Notes under the pieces: model-generated
What the model was told of the DNA's origin: nothing
Seen by the model: the letters and a program-made list of their open reading frames with translations, nothing else
Database searches by the model: none
Part shown: positions 23,390-34,800 of the stretch, one piece after another
Layout: each line of letters starts with the position of its first letter
Position numbering within the stretch: position 1 is the stretch's first letter
NCBI GenBank assembly: GCA_951406725.2
Contig: OX597815.1
Span: forward strand, 100,502,001 to 100,566,000
DNA: 64,000 nucleotides
Source: Octopus vulgaris
Lineage: Eukaryota
Direction of reading: 5' to 3'
Position numbers and translations under genes: made by a program

Positions 23390-24630
23390 AATTATTTCAG
23401 GACACTATGGACCACTCAAGCAGAGAGTTGTTGTTAGTTGAGACATATCCAGGTGTAGGTGGTTTATCCAGTATTCCCTGGAGGAATTTGTCCAGGTACC
23501 ATTTGAAAGTTGTGGTGTCTTTTTCGACTTTAATCTCTTTCGGGATAACATTGAAAAGTGCAGGACCATTTGCAGTGAAGAAATTGTGTCGCAATGTTCT
23601 TATGTGATGTGATCTCGACCTTTGTAGGGGACGCATTGCATGGGAGCCTAGTCTTGGGTGAATTGTAAACATAATACTGATATCATTTGGATAATAGTGG
23701 TGGAATATTTTCCACATGGTACAAATAATGTATCGCTCATGGCAGCGTTGCAGAGAATAGAGCTTCGGCTGTTTAGGTTAAGCCCAATAATCAAGTCCTA
23801 TCATGCCATTTATTTTTTTGTGATTGATCTTTGTGGCACTTTGATCCTCATTATGTCTTGTTTTTGTAGGGAGACCACAATGGGCAGCAGTATTCAAGGT
23901 GGGGCCTAGCAAATGTGGAGAAGAGAAAGATGATGGTTTCATGATCCCTAGATTGAAAAGTTCTGAGGATTCATGAGCACAATCTGTGGGCAACATCGAC
24001 TTTTTTGTTGATGTGCACACTCCAGCTAAGGTTACTGTCAACAGTTACATCTTAGTCTCTGATATTATCCGACGGTTCAAGTAGGTCTCCTGACGGTAGT
24101 GTACATGGTTGTTTGAGTGTGCTCTCATTTCCAAAGTGGATGAGCTCAAATTTTTCCTTGTTCTACTGCATATTGTTTTTTTGTGCCCACTGGGTTACTG
24201 CACATAGGTCCAATTAAAGCAGTGTTCAATCATATGCTCTCTTAACGACTTTCTGGAGCTTAAAGTAATCTGCATATATTTTAATGGTGCTATGTTCAAT
24301 GGAATCTGCAATGTCATTGATATAGACAATAAAAAGAAGTGGACTCAGCACAGTACCCAGCGGGACTCCGCTGATGACTTTTGCTGGACTTGCGTAGTTG
24401 CCATCAACCACAACATGCTGGGTCTTCTTTGTTAAGAAATGCCTAATCAATTGAAGTAGCTTTCCACCGACTCCAGCATTGGATAGTTTCCTTAACAGTA
24501 TATTGTGGTTGACTCTGTCAAAGGCCTTGCTGAAATTGAGGTGTATGACATCCACATTGGAGCCCTCACTTAGTGCATTTAAGATGTCATCAAAGTGATG
24601 GAGGAGCTGTGTTAGACAGTTCCTCCCACC
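23390..24630 (-). mobile_element. CR1-group LINE 3' fragment (decayed)
   Basis: RNCLTQLL..LNFSKAFDRVNH..SGVPLGTVLSPLLFIVYIND..IYADY..RPHLEYCCPLWSP..GPALFNVIPKEIK..FKWYLDKFL, with stops and frameshifts. Confidence 0.85.
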
Positions 24631-25444
24631 ACATAAGCTATATATGTATATACATACATACACACACACACTCACTATATATATACACATACACACACAC
24701 ACACAGCCACTTACAGAATTACATTTATTAATGGTCAGCATACATTAATGTAAATGATCACCATCTGTTTTAAATCTGAAATATTTTCTAGTATTGAAAA
24801 AAAAAAAAAAAAGCTCTGGACCATGAATGAGAATATTACAAGTAAATTACAATATTCAAAAGGTGGTGGACCTGCAGAAACCAGTAGTGTAAGGCAAATA
24901 TCTTGTGGTCTTTATGTTCAAGTCCTGTTGTGGCTGATATTACATTTCATCCTTCTGGGATCGATAAAGTATTAATCAAGTCAATCGAGAGAAACCCTTC
25001 TCCTACAATTTGTGGCTGTTTGTCTATGTTAGAAATCAATATTCTAAACTCTCAAACAAATCAATAAAATCACGTATAATCAAAGTGATGATACGTATGC
25101 AACGCTGGCCTATTTACTTTCACCATTGGGTCTATAGTAATTGAAAGGTTAATAATTTCACTAAATTTAATATTGTACCTGGCTAGAATCTCATTAAAAA
25201 ATTTATAGCTTTCATAAAAGCTTCATCAGCAGAAAGAGTTCCGTGCCTTGATTTTGTGATTATAATTGTAAATAGTTATATGTTTATCCTTTTTCAAGGC
25301 ATTCTATGTCTGCTGTATATATAACCATGTGTGAGTGCAAAAGAGAGACTTTATAGTTATAGATATTGTGAAATAATCTATTTAAAGTTTTAGTAAAGAT
25401 ACAATTTTTACAGCTTACTTGCACAATGAACAATTTCAAATCAG

Positions 25445-25517
<73 letters not shown>

Positions 25518-25676
25518 CTCTGTCATTGGACTGTAGCTATGCTGAGGCATCACCTTGAAGAGTTTTAGCTGAACAAATCACCACCCCAGTACATTTTTTA
25601 TTTAAGCCATATATCTATTCTATTGGCATATATACAGAAAGACAGATAAATTATTCAAAGGGCACAATGTCTTTAA

Positions 25677-25730
25677 GTGCTACTAATAGTTTCATATGTT
25701 TAGAAATACTGAAACATATTCTTCAGACAC
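25677..25730 (-). ncRNA. Minimal type I hammerhead ribozyme in a short TA-flanked unit (~25630-25780)
   Basis: GUGU-CUGAAGA-AUAUGUUU[caguauuucu]AAACAUAU-GAAA-CUAUUAG-UA|GCAC. Stem I 4 bp, stem II 8 bp perfect, intact core; predicted cleavage between 25681 and 25680. Confidence 0.8.
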
Positions 25731-25873
25731 AAACCATATATCATGCTTTTTTTAAAATCTCTTTCACGGTATAGTACATTATATATATATATTGATAGAA
25801 ATGGCAAGACAACAAAAGATTGAAAGAGACTTCGATATTTTGTAAATAGAGGAATTTATCTGTAAATATAATA

Positions 25874-25945
25874 TGTGACAATTATTCGGTAGCCATGATA
25901 AAACTCCAAGCTTTTCGGAGTTTTATCATGGTTACCGAATAATTG

Positions 25946-25950
<5 letters not shown>
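25874..25950. repeat. Fold-back palindrome (34-bp arms, 9-nt loop) abutting (CA)n(TA)n
   Basis: 25874-25907 versus 25917-25950, one mismatch (G-T). Confidence 0.9.
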
Positions 25951-25998
<48 letters not shown>

Positions 25999-26909
25999 AT
26001 TTTATGTCCCCTTTCGATTGGACGGGTCAATACAATTTGAGTCCGTTCTTATTTGGAATTATTCTTAGATGCATTGGACAATCACATATTGCTCATAATT
26101 GTCAGTTTTGGTTTGATTTCTATGACTATATACCCTTTACAACACCAACCACTTAACGGAGACTGTGTGTTTGTGTGCACATGCACATACTCACACACAC
26201 ACACATGCATGCACATCTAATTTCTCCCCATGTTGCTTGTCTACCCTTTCACTCAGCACCAAGGTCAATAAGACAAATGCCAGACAAAGTACTCAAATCA
26301 ATATAATGAAAGAAAAGCCTTCAAAACAGTGCTCCAGTATGTCACAGTCCAATGACTGAAACTATCTTTTTATTATTCTTGCTTCAGTCATTAGTCTGTG
26401 GCCATGCTGGGGCATTGCCTTGAAGAATTTTAGTCAAATGAATTGACCCCAATACTTATTATGTTTTTGTAAAGTTGGGTTCTATCAGTTTCTCTTGCTG
26501 AACTGCTACATTACAGGGCATAAACACATCAATACTGGTTGTCAAGCACCCTTTGGTAATACTTTTCGTATAGACCATTTGATGTTTAAAAAATACTATT
26601 ATATTTTTGTAATTAAATATCATTAAGAATTGTGTTTAAAAAATTGTTAAACTATTTTGTGTATTATAGAAGTATAACCAATTTATTGCACACAAATTTT
26701 AATGACAAAATCCTCTATGGAGCCCCAACGGTTAAGTGGACCCCAGATGAGAACCACAAGTATAGATCCTGAAAGGAAGAAAAGTAAAAGTTGACCTCAG
26801 CAGGATTTAAACTCAAAGCACTGAGTATCAGTACAAATACCTTATCCAATGCTCTAATAATTCTGACAACTTACCATCATGATGGTTTGTACTTAAGGAT
26901 AATATTTAA

Positions 26910-27275
26910 TCCTTTCTACTATAGGCCTGAAGTTTTGGGAGAGGTGGGGCCAGTCAATTTGATCAACCCTCATACACAACTGGTACTTAATTTATCGACC
27001 CCGAAAGGATGAAAGGTAAAGTCAACCTTGGTGGAATTTGAACTAAGAATGGAATGACAGGCAAAATACCACTAAGCATTTCGCCTGTCATGCTAATGAT
27101 TCTTTCAAATTTTCGCACAAAGTCAATTACCTTGTACCCCAGAGATCAACTGGTACTTATTTTATCAGCCCCAGTCGACCTTGATGGAATTTGAACACAG
27201 AACGTAAAGACAGACAAAATTCCACAAGACATTTTGCCCAGCATGCTAACGATTTCTGCCAGCTCACCACCTTAA
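26910..27275 (-). mobile_element. Two tandem partial copies of SINE family C
   Basis: Similar to 54493-54730 (CGACCCCGAAAGGATGAAAGG..GGAATTTGAAC..CTGCCAGCTCACCACC). Confidence 0.7.
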
Positions 27276-27539
27276 ACGTAGCACTAATATTAATAAGACC
27301 ATTTTAAAGTTAATAATTAATAGGAAGAAAGAATGAAGTACTTTTTATTTGAAGGTGAAATAGGGGTCATTAAGTGGTGCTTGAATGCTTTTATTGTGAG
27401 AGGATGTGTGGCATGGGAAGGGGTTGTTGAATAGGTTGATGTTGATGTAGTTGTGTGAGGTTGAAAAGGCGGTTCCAAATAACATTACAGGGGAGCTAAA
27501 AATACATGCACAAAAAGAAATCTCAAGTATGCACATAGG

Positions 27540-27552
27540 CATACATATGTGA

Positions 27553-27603
<51 letters not shown>

Positions 27604-27715
27604 TACATATATGTATATATACGCACACATATATATTACACATTTATGTTCCACAAATGTATGAGTCTAAACCATACTAGCATGGAAAACAAATGTAAAA
27701 GAAATTACTATACAC

Positions 27716-27762
<47 letters not shown>

Positions 27763-27826
27763 AAGGAAGAGAGATACATATACATAGACACACATAAATA
27801 TGTATACATGCATACACACACATATA

Positions 27827-27874
<48 letters not shown>

Positions 27875-28035
27875 TATATATGTACATATGCATATATTTT
27901 ACAACACACGCACTCACACATAGAGATATTAGTCATATGAAAATTATGATATATACATATTGAAAATATGAAAATATACATGTATTCTGTATTTTATATG
28001 CTATGCATTTATCTATATATATATATAATATATAT
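27540..28035. repeat. Compound (TA)n/(CA)n/(GA)n microsatellite cluster
   Basis: Directly visible dinucleotide runs. Confidence 0.9.
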
Positions 28036-28289
28036 TTTTTCTATGATTCATACATATTTCACCTAAAAGTGCATGTACATATACATATGTTCATAACAGT
28101 CCTCTTATCCCCAGACAATAAGACAGTCCTTTTCTTTAAATTACATGTCATTTTCGGAGAGCTGGTCTTAATTGCCATTTGGTAATTATGATACATTCTC
28201 TTGAAGCACAAATAATTTTGATAAATCAAGAATTTGTTATATGCTATTTGATATACCTGTACTTATCTATGTATGTATTACATACACAC

Positions 28290-29425
28290 ACTACCATCAT
28301 GATTATTTAACATCTGTTTTCCATGCTTGCTTTGCTTAGATAGCTTGATAGGAGTTGGCCAGGCCAGGAGCCACACTGCATTCCATAATCTATTTTGGGT
28401 TGGCTTCTACAGCTGGATGCCCTTCCTTAAACCAACCCCTTTACAGAGTGTACTGGGTACTTTTTTATGTGAAACCATCACCAGTGCTTTTTATACAACA
28501 CCAGCACCAGTACGTTTTTATGTGGTACCAGTACCAGTGCTTTTTATGTTGCTCTATCATCAGTGCTTTTTACATGGCATCAGCACCAATGCATTTTACG
28601 AATCACCTTGGTTTTAGGATATCAATTCTGTTGTGGTGGGTAGGTCTTCTTGAGCACAGCAATATGCCATATATCTTGATCCTTTGTCATCTCCTTTGTA
28701 AGGCTCAGCATTTTAAGATCAGCCTTCAATATTTTGTCCCATGTCTTCCTAAGTCTCCCTCTTCCACAACTTCTCTCCACTTTAAATGACTGGCATTGCT
28801 TTATGCAGCTGTCCTCATCCATCCACATTACATGACCAAACCAGCACAGCCTTCTTGTACATGGCATCTAATTCCTTTTATGCCTAACTTTTCTCTCAAT
28901 ACAATAGTGCTCTGTTGCACATGAACACTGATATTGCACATCCAGTAGAGCATACCAGCTTTGTTCCTCTTCAGTCTTTGCATGTCCTCTGCATTCAAGA
29001 CCCACATATCACAACCAAAGAGCATTGCAGTTTGTACACATGCATCATGCAATCTCCCTTTCACTCACAGAGAAAGAAAGAGACCTTTGGTTGCCAACAG
29101 AGGTAAAAGCTCTCTGAAAGTTCTCCATCCTATTCTTTTTCTTGTTAATTACACTATACAACCTGCTCCACTGCTAATTAGGTCAGTTAGCAGAAATTAT
29201 CTACTACTTCCAGAGAACCTCTGGGACATTTGAAGAAATCAGTTTCTCATGTGTCTGTAGTCTTTATGGCTCCTGTACATCTTCCACATACGAACACTAC
29301 ATTCTCTATTAATCCTCCTACTATTTTATTGCACCTTGTATCCATGGTTTGCACTGGGTGCATTAAATAGAATTTCTACCTGCACTTTCCCTACATATTA
29401 CGCAGGGCCATTTACCTCTGGCACC
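28290..29425 (-). mobile_element. RTE-clade LINE 3' fragment running into a family B tail
   Basis: KGRLHDACVQTAMLFGCDMW, REKLGIKGIRC, RRLCWFGHVMWMDEDSCIK, GRGRLRKTWD, then internal repeats and an ATG/GAT tail. Confidence 0.85.
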
Positions 29426-29469
29426 CTATATATAGTGTATGTGTGTTTGTGTTTGTGTGTGATGATGAT

Positions 29470-29810
29470 GATGAGTGTGAACACAGTACAGGCCATGTAC
29501 AAAAGATGCTGTTAGTAAGGTAAGAGTTAGCCATGAGTACGGTGACAAATTTAGTGTCCTGGTAGGTATTCACCAAGGATCAATCCTCAGCCCCCTCCTA
29601 TTCATCATCATCCTCTAGGCCTTAACAGTGGAAATGAAGACTGGAGCCCCATGGGAACTACTATATGCTGATGATCTTGTCCTCATAGCAGAATCTGTAA
29701 CAGAACTAGATAAGAAATTCAGGTGTAAAAATAAATCTGGAATCAAAAGGTCTTAAAGTTAACTTAGCAAAGACCAAGGTCCTAGTAAGCAAGAAATCAG
29801 ATAGAACCCT
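29470..29810 (+). mobile_element. RTE RT fragment, inverted relative to the neighbouring fragment
   Basis: VGIHQGSILSPLLFIIIL..PWELLYADDLVLIAES..GLKVNLAKTKVL. Confidence 0.8.
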
Positions 29811-29971
29811 AAGGAGGTGTATACATATATATATACACACACACATGTATATATGTGCATGCATGTGTACCCTTGTCTTACATCACATAATGGTTGAAAA
29901 TGAGCATCACTGTTTACCTCATCACCCCAAACCCATGTAAGTATAGAAAACTGAACATTAAATGATGATGA

Positions 29972-30018
<47 letters not shown>

Positions 30019-30049
30019 GTGTGTCAAGATAGATAGATAGATAGATAGA

Positions 30050-30377
30050 CTTCTTTATTGGCCATGCTGGGCTAAACACAGAAGGGACAAAATACAAAGT
30101 AGAGCTTTTCTTTTTGGGAAGAAGAGAAGGAAAAAAATAAAGGGTCGAATTCCAATCAAAAGGGATCGTGGAAAGAAAAAACAAAGTGGGAGCAATCAAT
30201 AGGGATTGTGTATCACAGAAATGTCAATGTAAAAAGGGAAAACAGAAAAGCCTATGGAAAAGACCACGGAAACCTTGGGCAATAGTGTCATGCAAAGAGA
30301 AAACACATTACAGTAAGTGACTCTCTTTTTTTCCTTTCGGTTTTTTTTTTTGATTCATAGGATTATACTCAAGCTGA
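30050..30377 (-). mobile_element. 3' end of a non-LTR retrotransposon (possibly Tx1/L1-like) embedded in a (GATA)n tract
   Basis: About 300 nt of pyrimidine-rich UTR-like sequence ending CCAATAAAGAAA, with (GATA)n on both sides. Its last ~42 nt resemble the tail of SINE family C. The clade assignment is a guess. Confidence 0.4.
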
Positions 30378-30540
30378 TCGATAGATAGATAGGTAGGTAG
30401 GTAGGTAGGTAGGTAAGGGATAATAGTATCCATTCTTACAATCGGTATCATTTACCTAAGCTATCCCTAGGTATGGGTATCCAAGCACACTGTGCTCATA
30501 GGCTACAGGTAACAACAAGATAAACAAAAGTTTATCAGGA

Positions 30541-30740
30541 ATCAAATTTAAATAAGCAAAAATAGGAGAAAACTTTTGATCAACAAACAAACAAATTGAC
30601 CCACATCAGTTGATTATTTTTTAATACAAAATATAACACATTTCATATGTCATGCTTTATAGTAAAAAATAATCAACTGATGTGGGTCAATTTGATTGTT
30701 AATCAAAAGTTTTCTCCATTTTCTGATTATTTAAATTGAT
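30541..30740. repeat. Fold-back inverted repeat (~80-bp arms, ~39-nt spacer) abutting (TA)n
   Basis: Perfect 32-bp core CAAATTGACCCACATCAGTTGATTATTTTTTA and its reverse complement; outer arms are diverged. Confidence 0.88.
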
Positions 30741-30754
30741 ATATATATATGTCT

Positions 30755-31102
30755 TTTTTATCTTGTTTCAGTCATTTGACTGCAGTCATGCTGGAGCACT
30801 GTTCTGAAGGGCTTTAGTTGAACAAATCGACCCCAGGACTGATTTTTTTTAAAGCCTTGTACTTATTCTATCAGTCTCTTTGGCAAACAGCTAAGATATG
30901 AGGACATAAACACACCAACACCAGTTGGGAAGTGGTGGGGAACACAAACACATATACACGATGTGCTTCTTCCAGTTTCTGTCTACCAAATCCATTCACA
31001 AGGCTTTAGTCAGCCCAAGGCTATAGTAGAAGACACTTGCCCAAGGTTCCACACAATGATACTGAACCCGGAGCCATGTGGTTTTGGAAGCAAGTTTCTT
31101 AC
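30755..31102 (-). mobile_element. SINE family A copy
   Basis: Colinear similarity to 6524-6902. Confidence 0.8.
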
Positions 31103-31439
31103 ATATTATATATATATATATTTGCATGACGTAAAAAGATGATGTTATGTTAAAAAAACATTACAAATGAATCAATATTTATTTTTTTATTTTATTTATT
31201 TGTAATGTTTTTTTTTTCCCCCCAAAAAAAGCATCATTTTTCTACAACATGCAAAATGAATCAGTAATTACATCCATTTATTCTTGATTTTCTCCTTGTT
31301 TCTCCTTCAATATTAAAAATTTCAATAATCCTAAACATATACCATTGACTTTGCCATTATATGATACGTATTGAACCAGTGAAATACCCTGGATTATATA
31401 ATCCCTAATGAGGACTTAACTTCCTCAAATTAAGTATAT

Positions 31440-32140
31440 ATATATATATATTATATCCATTTAAATGTATAAAGCTATTTGCCGCAGCTGAGAATAAGAA
31501 CAAACAGTTACAACTACATAAATAAAAGTATAAAGAACTTGGTGCAGGGTGAATCATTCTACATATAATAGTAATAAAGGTTCAAGTAGACGGAAATTTA
31601 TGTGTGTGTGTGTGTGTGGTGGGGGGTTTAGTTTTCAAGAGAATGGAGTTATTGTGCCAGAAATGTGAGATGAGCTGTTTTTAGACTGAGGATATATATT
31701 GTAGGTATTTCGCAGAAATACAAAGGAAGAAGATTTAGAATTTGGTTTACAGAATTATGCTCTATGTTCCAAGTGATGGAGTTAGGTGTGTTTGAGTCTC
31801 TAAGCTTACTTTGAATGGGTGGAGGCAACATAAGGTACCGAGAACTCTTTATCCTTGTAGGGTATTAGGAAATCTCATAACTGCTGATACCATGATGACT
31901 AGCTACACAAATGAATGATTTGGTGGTGGTGGTGGTGGGGGAATTTCTGAATAAGTTTAAAGTTTTGAAGTCATTCAACATGAGACCTTTATTGCATGGA
32001 TCTGAACAACATCGTTGATAACGCAGAACTATAACTTAAAGTGATATATATCTGTAGAATAACCCACCAATTTGTTTGGTTATCTCTACAATTAATAGTA
32101 TACTTGTAGTTGTAGCTGTTTGTTCATATATTTGCAAACA
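31440..32140 (-). mobile_element. Old decayed PLE 3' remnant (GIY-YIG region plus 3' UTR) ending at (TA)n
   Basis: KLRDSNTPNSITWNI followed, after a frameshift, by FLCISAKYL. This parallels WRLKNANSGFRLEWSI..CNLCVSELF of the young PLE. Confidence 0.4.
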
Positions 32141-33299
32141 TATTCATACATTTATAGATAGAGGTGTAGAGCACTGAAAGTGGATAAAACTTGAGGAAGA
32201 GACAAGCCAGTGAAGACATGGATCAACATGAAGAGGACTGAGATTAGCATGCTCAGTTTCATTAAGGAATATCACAAAAGACTGCAATGGCTGGTGATAC
32301 GCAATACCAGAGAAAACCCGACTACCTGTGCAAGCTTGGCAGAACATTAAAATGGTACAAGTGAAGAAGGTTAATCAGCAAAAGATTCAGTTCTTGTTGC
32401 CATGTGGAGGTTTGTGTACTTCAGTGGCTAAGAACTATGCCAGCAGTGTGTAAACTCCTAGAAAGGGCCTCTCATGTTGAAAAAGTTAAAGGATGGCAAC
32501 CAGACTAATATGAACCATCTTATCCTAGAGGTAAAAATAGGTTTGCATAATGCCACAGCCCCACCTGTAAAAAAAAAAGCAGTTACAGAAGCATTGGTGA
32601 CAATTGAAAACTATCAAGAACAATGGAGACAAGTTGTCAATGGATTATGCACCATAGGAAGTGAAGGACTTACAAAAAGAAGGGGGGGGGCTAAGGAATA
32701 TGTTTACACCAAGAATGCCAGTTACGTCTCCATTTTCTCCCCACCCAACATTCTTTGAAACCCTCTCATCTCTCTTTTTTACTTATTATATTCCCCATGT
32801 AACTAAGGATGACACTGGACCTGTCCAACCTACATTCTGCCACCTCTGTAATGAGAGTTACCAATGGATCAGCTTTTATATTCAATATCTTTAACAACCA
32901 ACCTTATCATTGTACCTATCTCTCTCTCATCAAGACACCTATGTATGATAAATTACCACATATCTTTTCATATCCAATACTTCTTTTCTGTGTTACCAAA
33001 CATCACTTCCTTTTCTCCAGTCCATTTACTGTTGCCATCCATCACTTTTATCACCCTCAGCTTTATTTCTATATATCATTCAATCTATCTTTCACAAGCA
33101 AATATGGATCTGCAATTTCTTTCTTCTATTACTCCCTCCTCTACTACCCTCATAACCAAACCATTAATCTGTTAATTGTTAATTAACATTTTCGTTAACG
33201 ATTTAACTTTTAAGTTAACTCTGACAATCATTATCGGACCAATTAATTTCTGTAACATTTAACTTCTGTTAACTCAAGTTCGCTTGAGTTAACTTCCAT

Positions 33300-34800
33300 T
33301 GAATCAAGTCACTGTGATGATCTTTAGCTCAAGGACTTGAAATCCAAGGGCCTCATCTACTATCCTTCCCCCACTACTAATTTGGTTCCCTAGGTAGCAG
33401 AAATTATCCACTGCCTCTAAAGAGCCTCCAGGGTATTTGAGAAAATCGATTTCCTGAGTATCTGTAGTTATGACTACTGTGTATCAGCCACATACAAACA
33501 CTACTTTCTCTTATAATCTTCCTATTTTTCCACTATACCTCTTGTGTGTATATACATGTGGAGATTGCTAGCATCTAAATCTGACTAATAGAAATTGCTG
33601 GCATGCAAATCTGTCCAATAGAATCGAATGGAAAGTTGCAGAACTCTCTAGAATGTTCTAATAGCTTACTGTTATATAAGCAGAGCAGGTAGAGGGGCAT
33701 TTCTCCCTTTGTCCTTTCTTGTTATACATTGAGACAAATAATATGCCTGACATGACCATACCAATGCAGTCATCTCTCTTGCACACCACATCTGATGCCT
33801 CTTATGCCCAACTTTTCTCTTAAGATGCTTACACTGTCGTACATGCACATCCGATGAAGCATACTAGCTTTCTTTTTTTCAAGCCTTCGCATGTCCTCAG
33901 TGGTCACACCCAGTTTCACTGCCATGTAGCATGGCTGTTCGCTCACAGGTATCATACAGTCTGCCATACCAGAAATAGAGCATCAGTAGTGCTTCTCCCT
34001 GGCATGAAACCAAACTGTATCTCATCCAGATTTTTTAAGCATCTGATATCCTTCATGGCTTTATCTACCATGCTACTGTCTCTTCAGATTGCTTGCCCCT
34101 CTGTTGGATCAACTTTAGGCAAACTCCTTCTCCCAGGCTTGGAAGTGTCACTAACTGCAAGTGAACCATTCATGCAAACACTTCTCTACCACAACATCAC
34201 AATTTTCCCTGGAACAGTCTTGCAAGACAAAGCACTTCATGTCTCTGGTCCTCACATTGTAAGACATTGGCAAATTTCTCCCTTTCCGTTTCGCATCTGG
34301 CTAAGTATACCTGCTTCCAAGCCTGATTCTTTGCACCAGCTACAAATTTGGTCCACAGCACTCAGCAAGTTGTCCCATAAGGACTTCCACTGATCCTCTA
34401 TGCTACAAGTCTGTAACTTCATCTTCTCGTCTTAAGCTTCATTTAGGATGTCTCTAAATCTCTGACTAATGAAATGATCTAAAGCTTCCATGCCCTTCTT
34501 TTCCAAACTCACTTGCTTCTTGGAACCTTACGAGCCAGAAGCCTGAAGTCCCCAATGAGTAACCTATGTTGTGGGGTACATTCTTCTCCAGGAAAAGCCT
34601 TTGCATTTATGAGCAGCCATGAATCCTGCTTTCTGGTAAGAATGTAGTCAATCTGGCTAGCATGGTCACCAGATTTATAGGTTATCAAGTGGCTGGCCAG
34701 CTTTCTGAAGTTAATATTGCAGATCATTAGGTCATTTGTGTCACAGAACTCCAGCAGCCTTGTACCCTCATTTCAGGAACTAATTCCATGTCCCCATGGA
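33300..34800 (-). mobile_element. Rearranged RTE-clade LINE fragments (APE and RT C-terminal parts)
   Basis: ICNINFRKLASHLITYKSGDHASQIDYIL..FPGEECTPQHRLLIGDF (APE end), DEIQFGFMPGRSTTDA, REKLGIRGIRCGVQER. Confidence 0.8.

Noticed and set aside
25195-25235. CUGAUGA-AGCUUU-UAUG-AAAGCU on the minus strand
   Set aside because: The stem is followed by AUAAA rather than GAAA, and stems I and III cannot be formed; at best a very decayed remnant.
13924-28185. Numerous 60-110 aa ORFs rich in YI/CV/TH/ER repeats
   Set aside because: Translations of microsatellites and SINEs, not genes.
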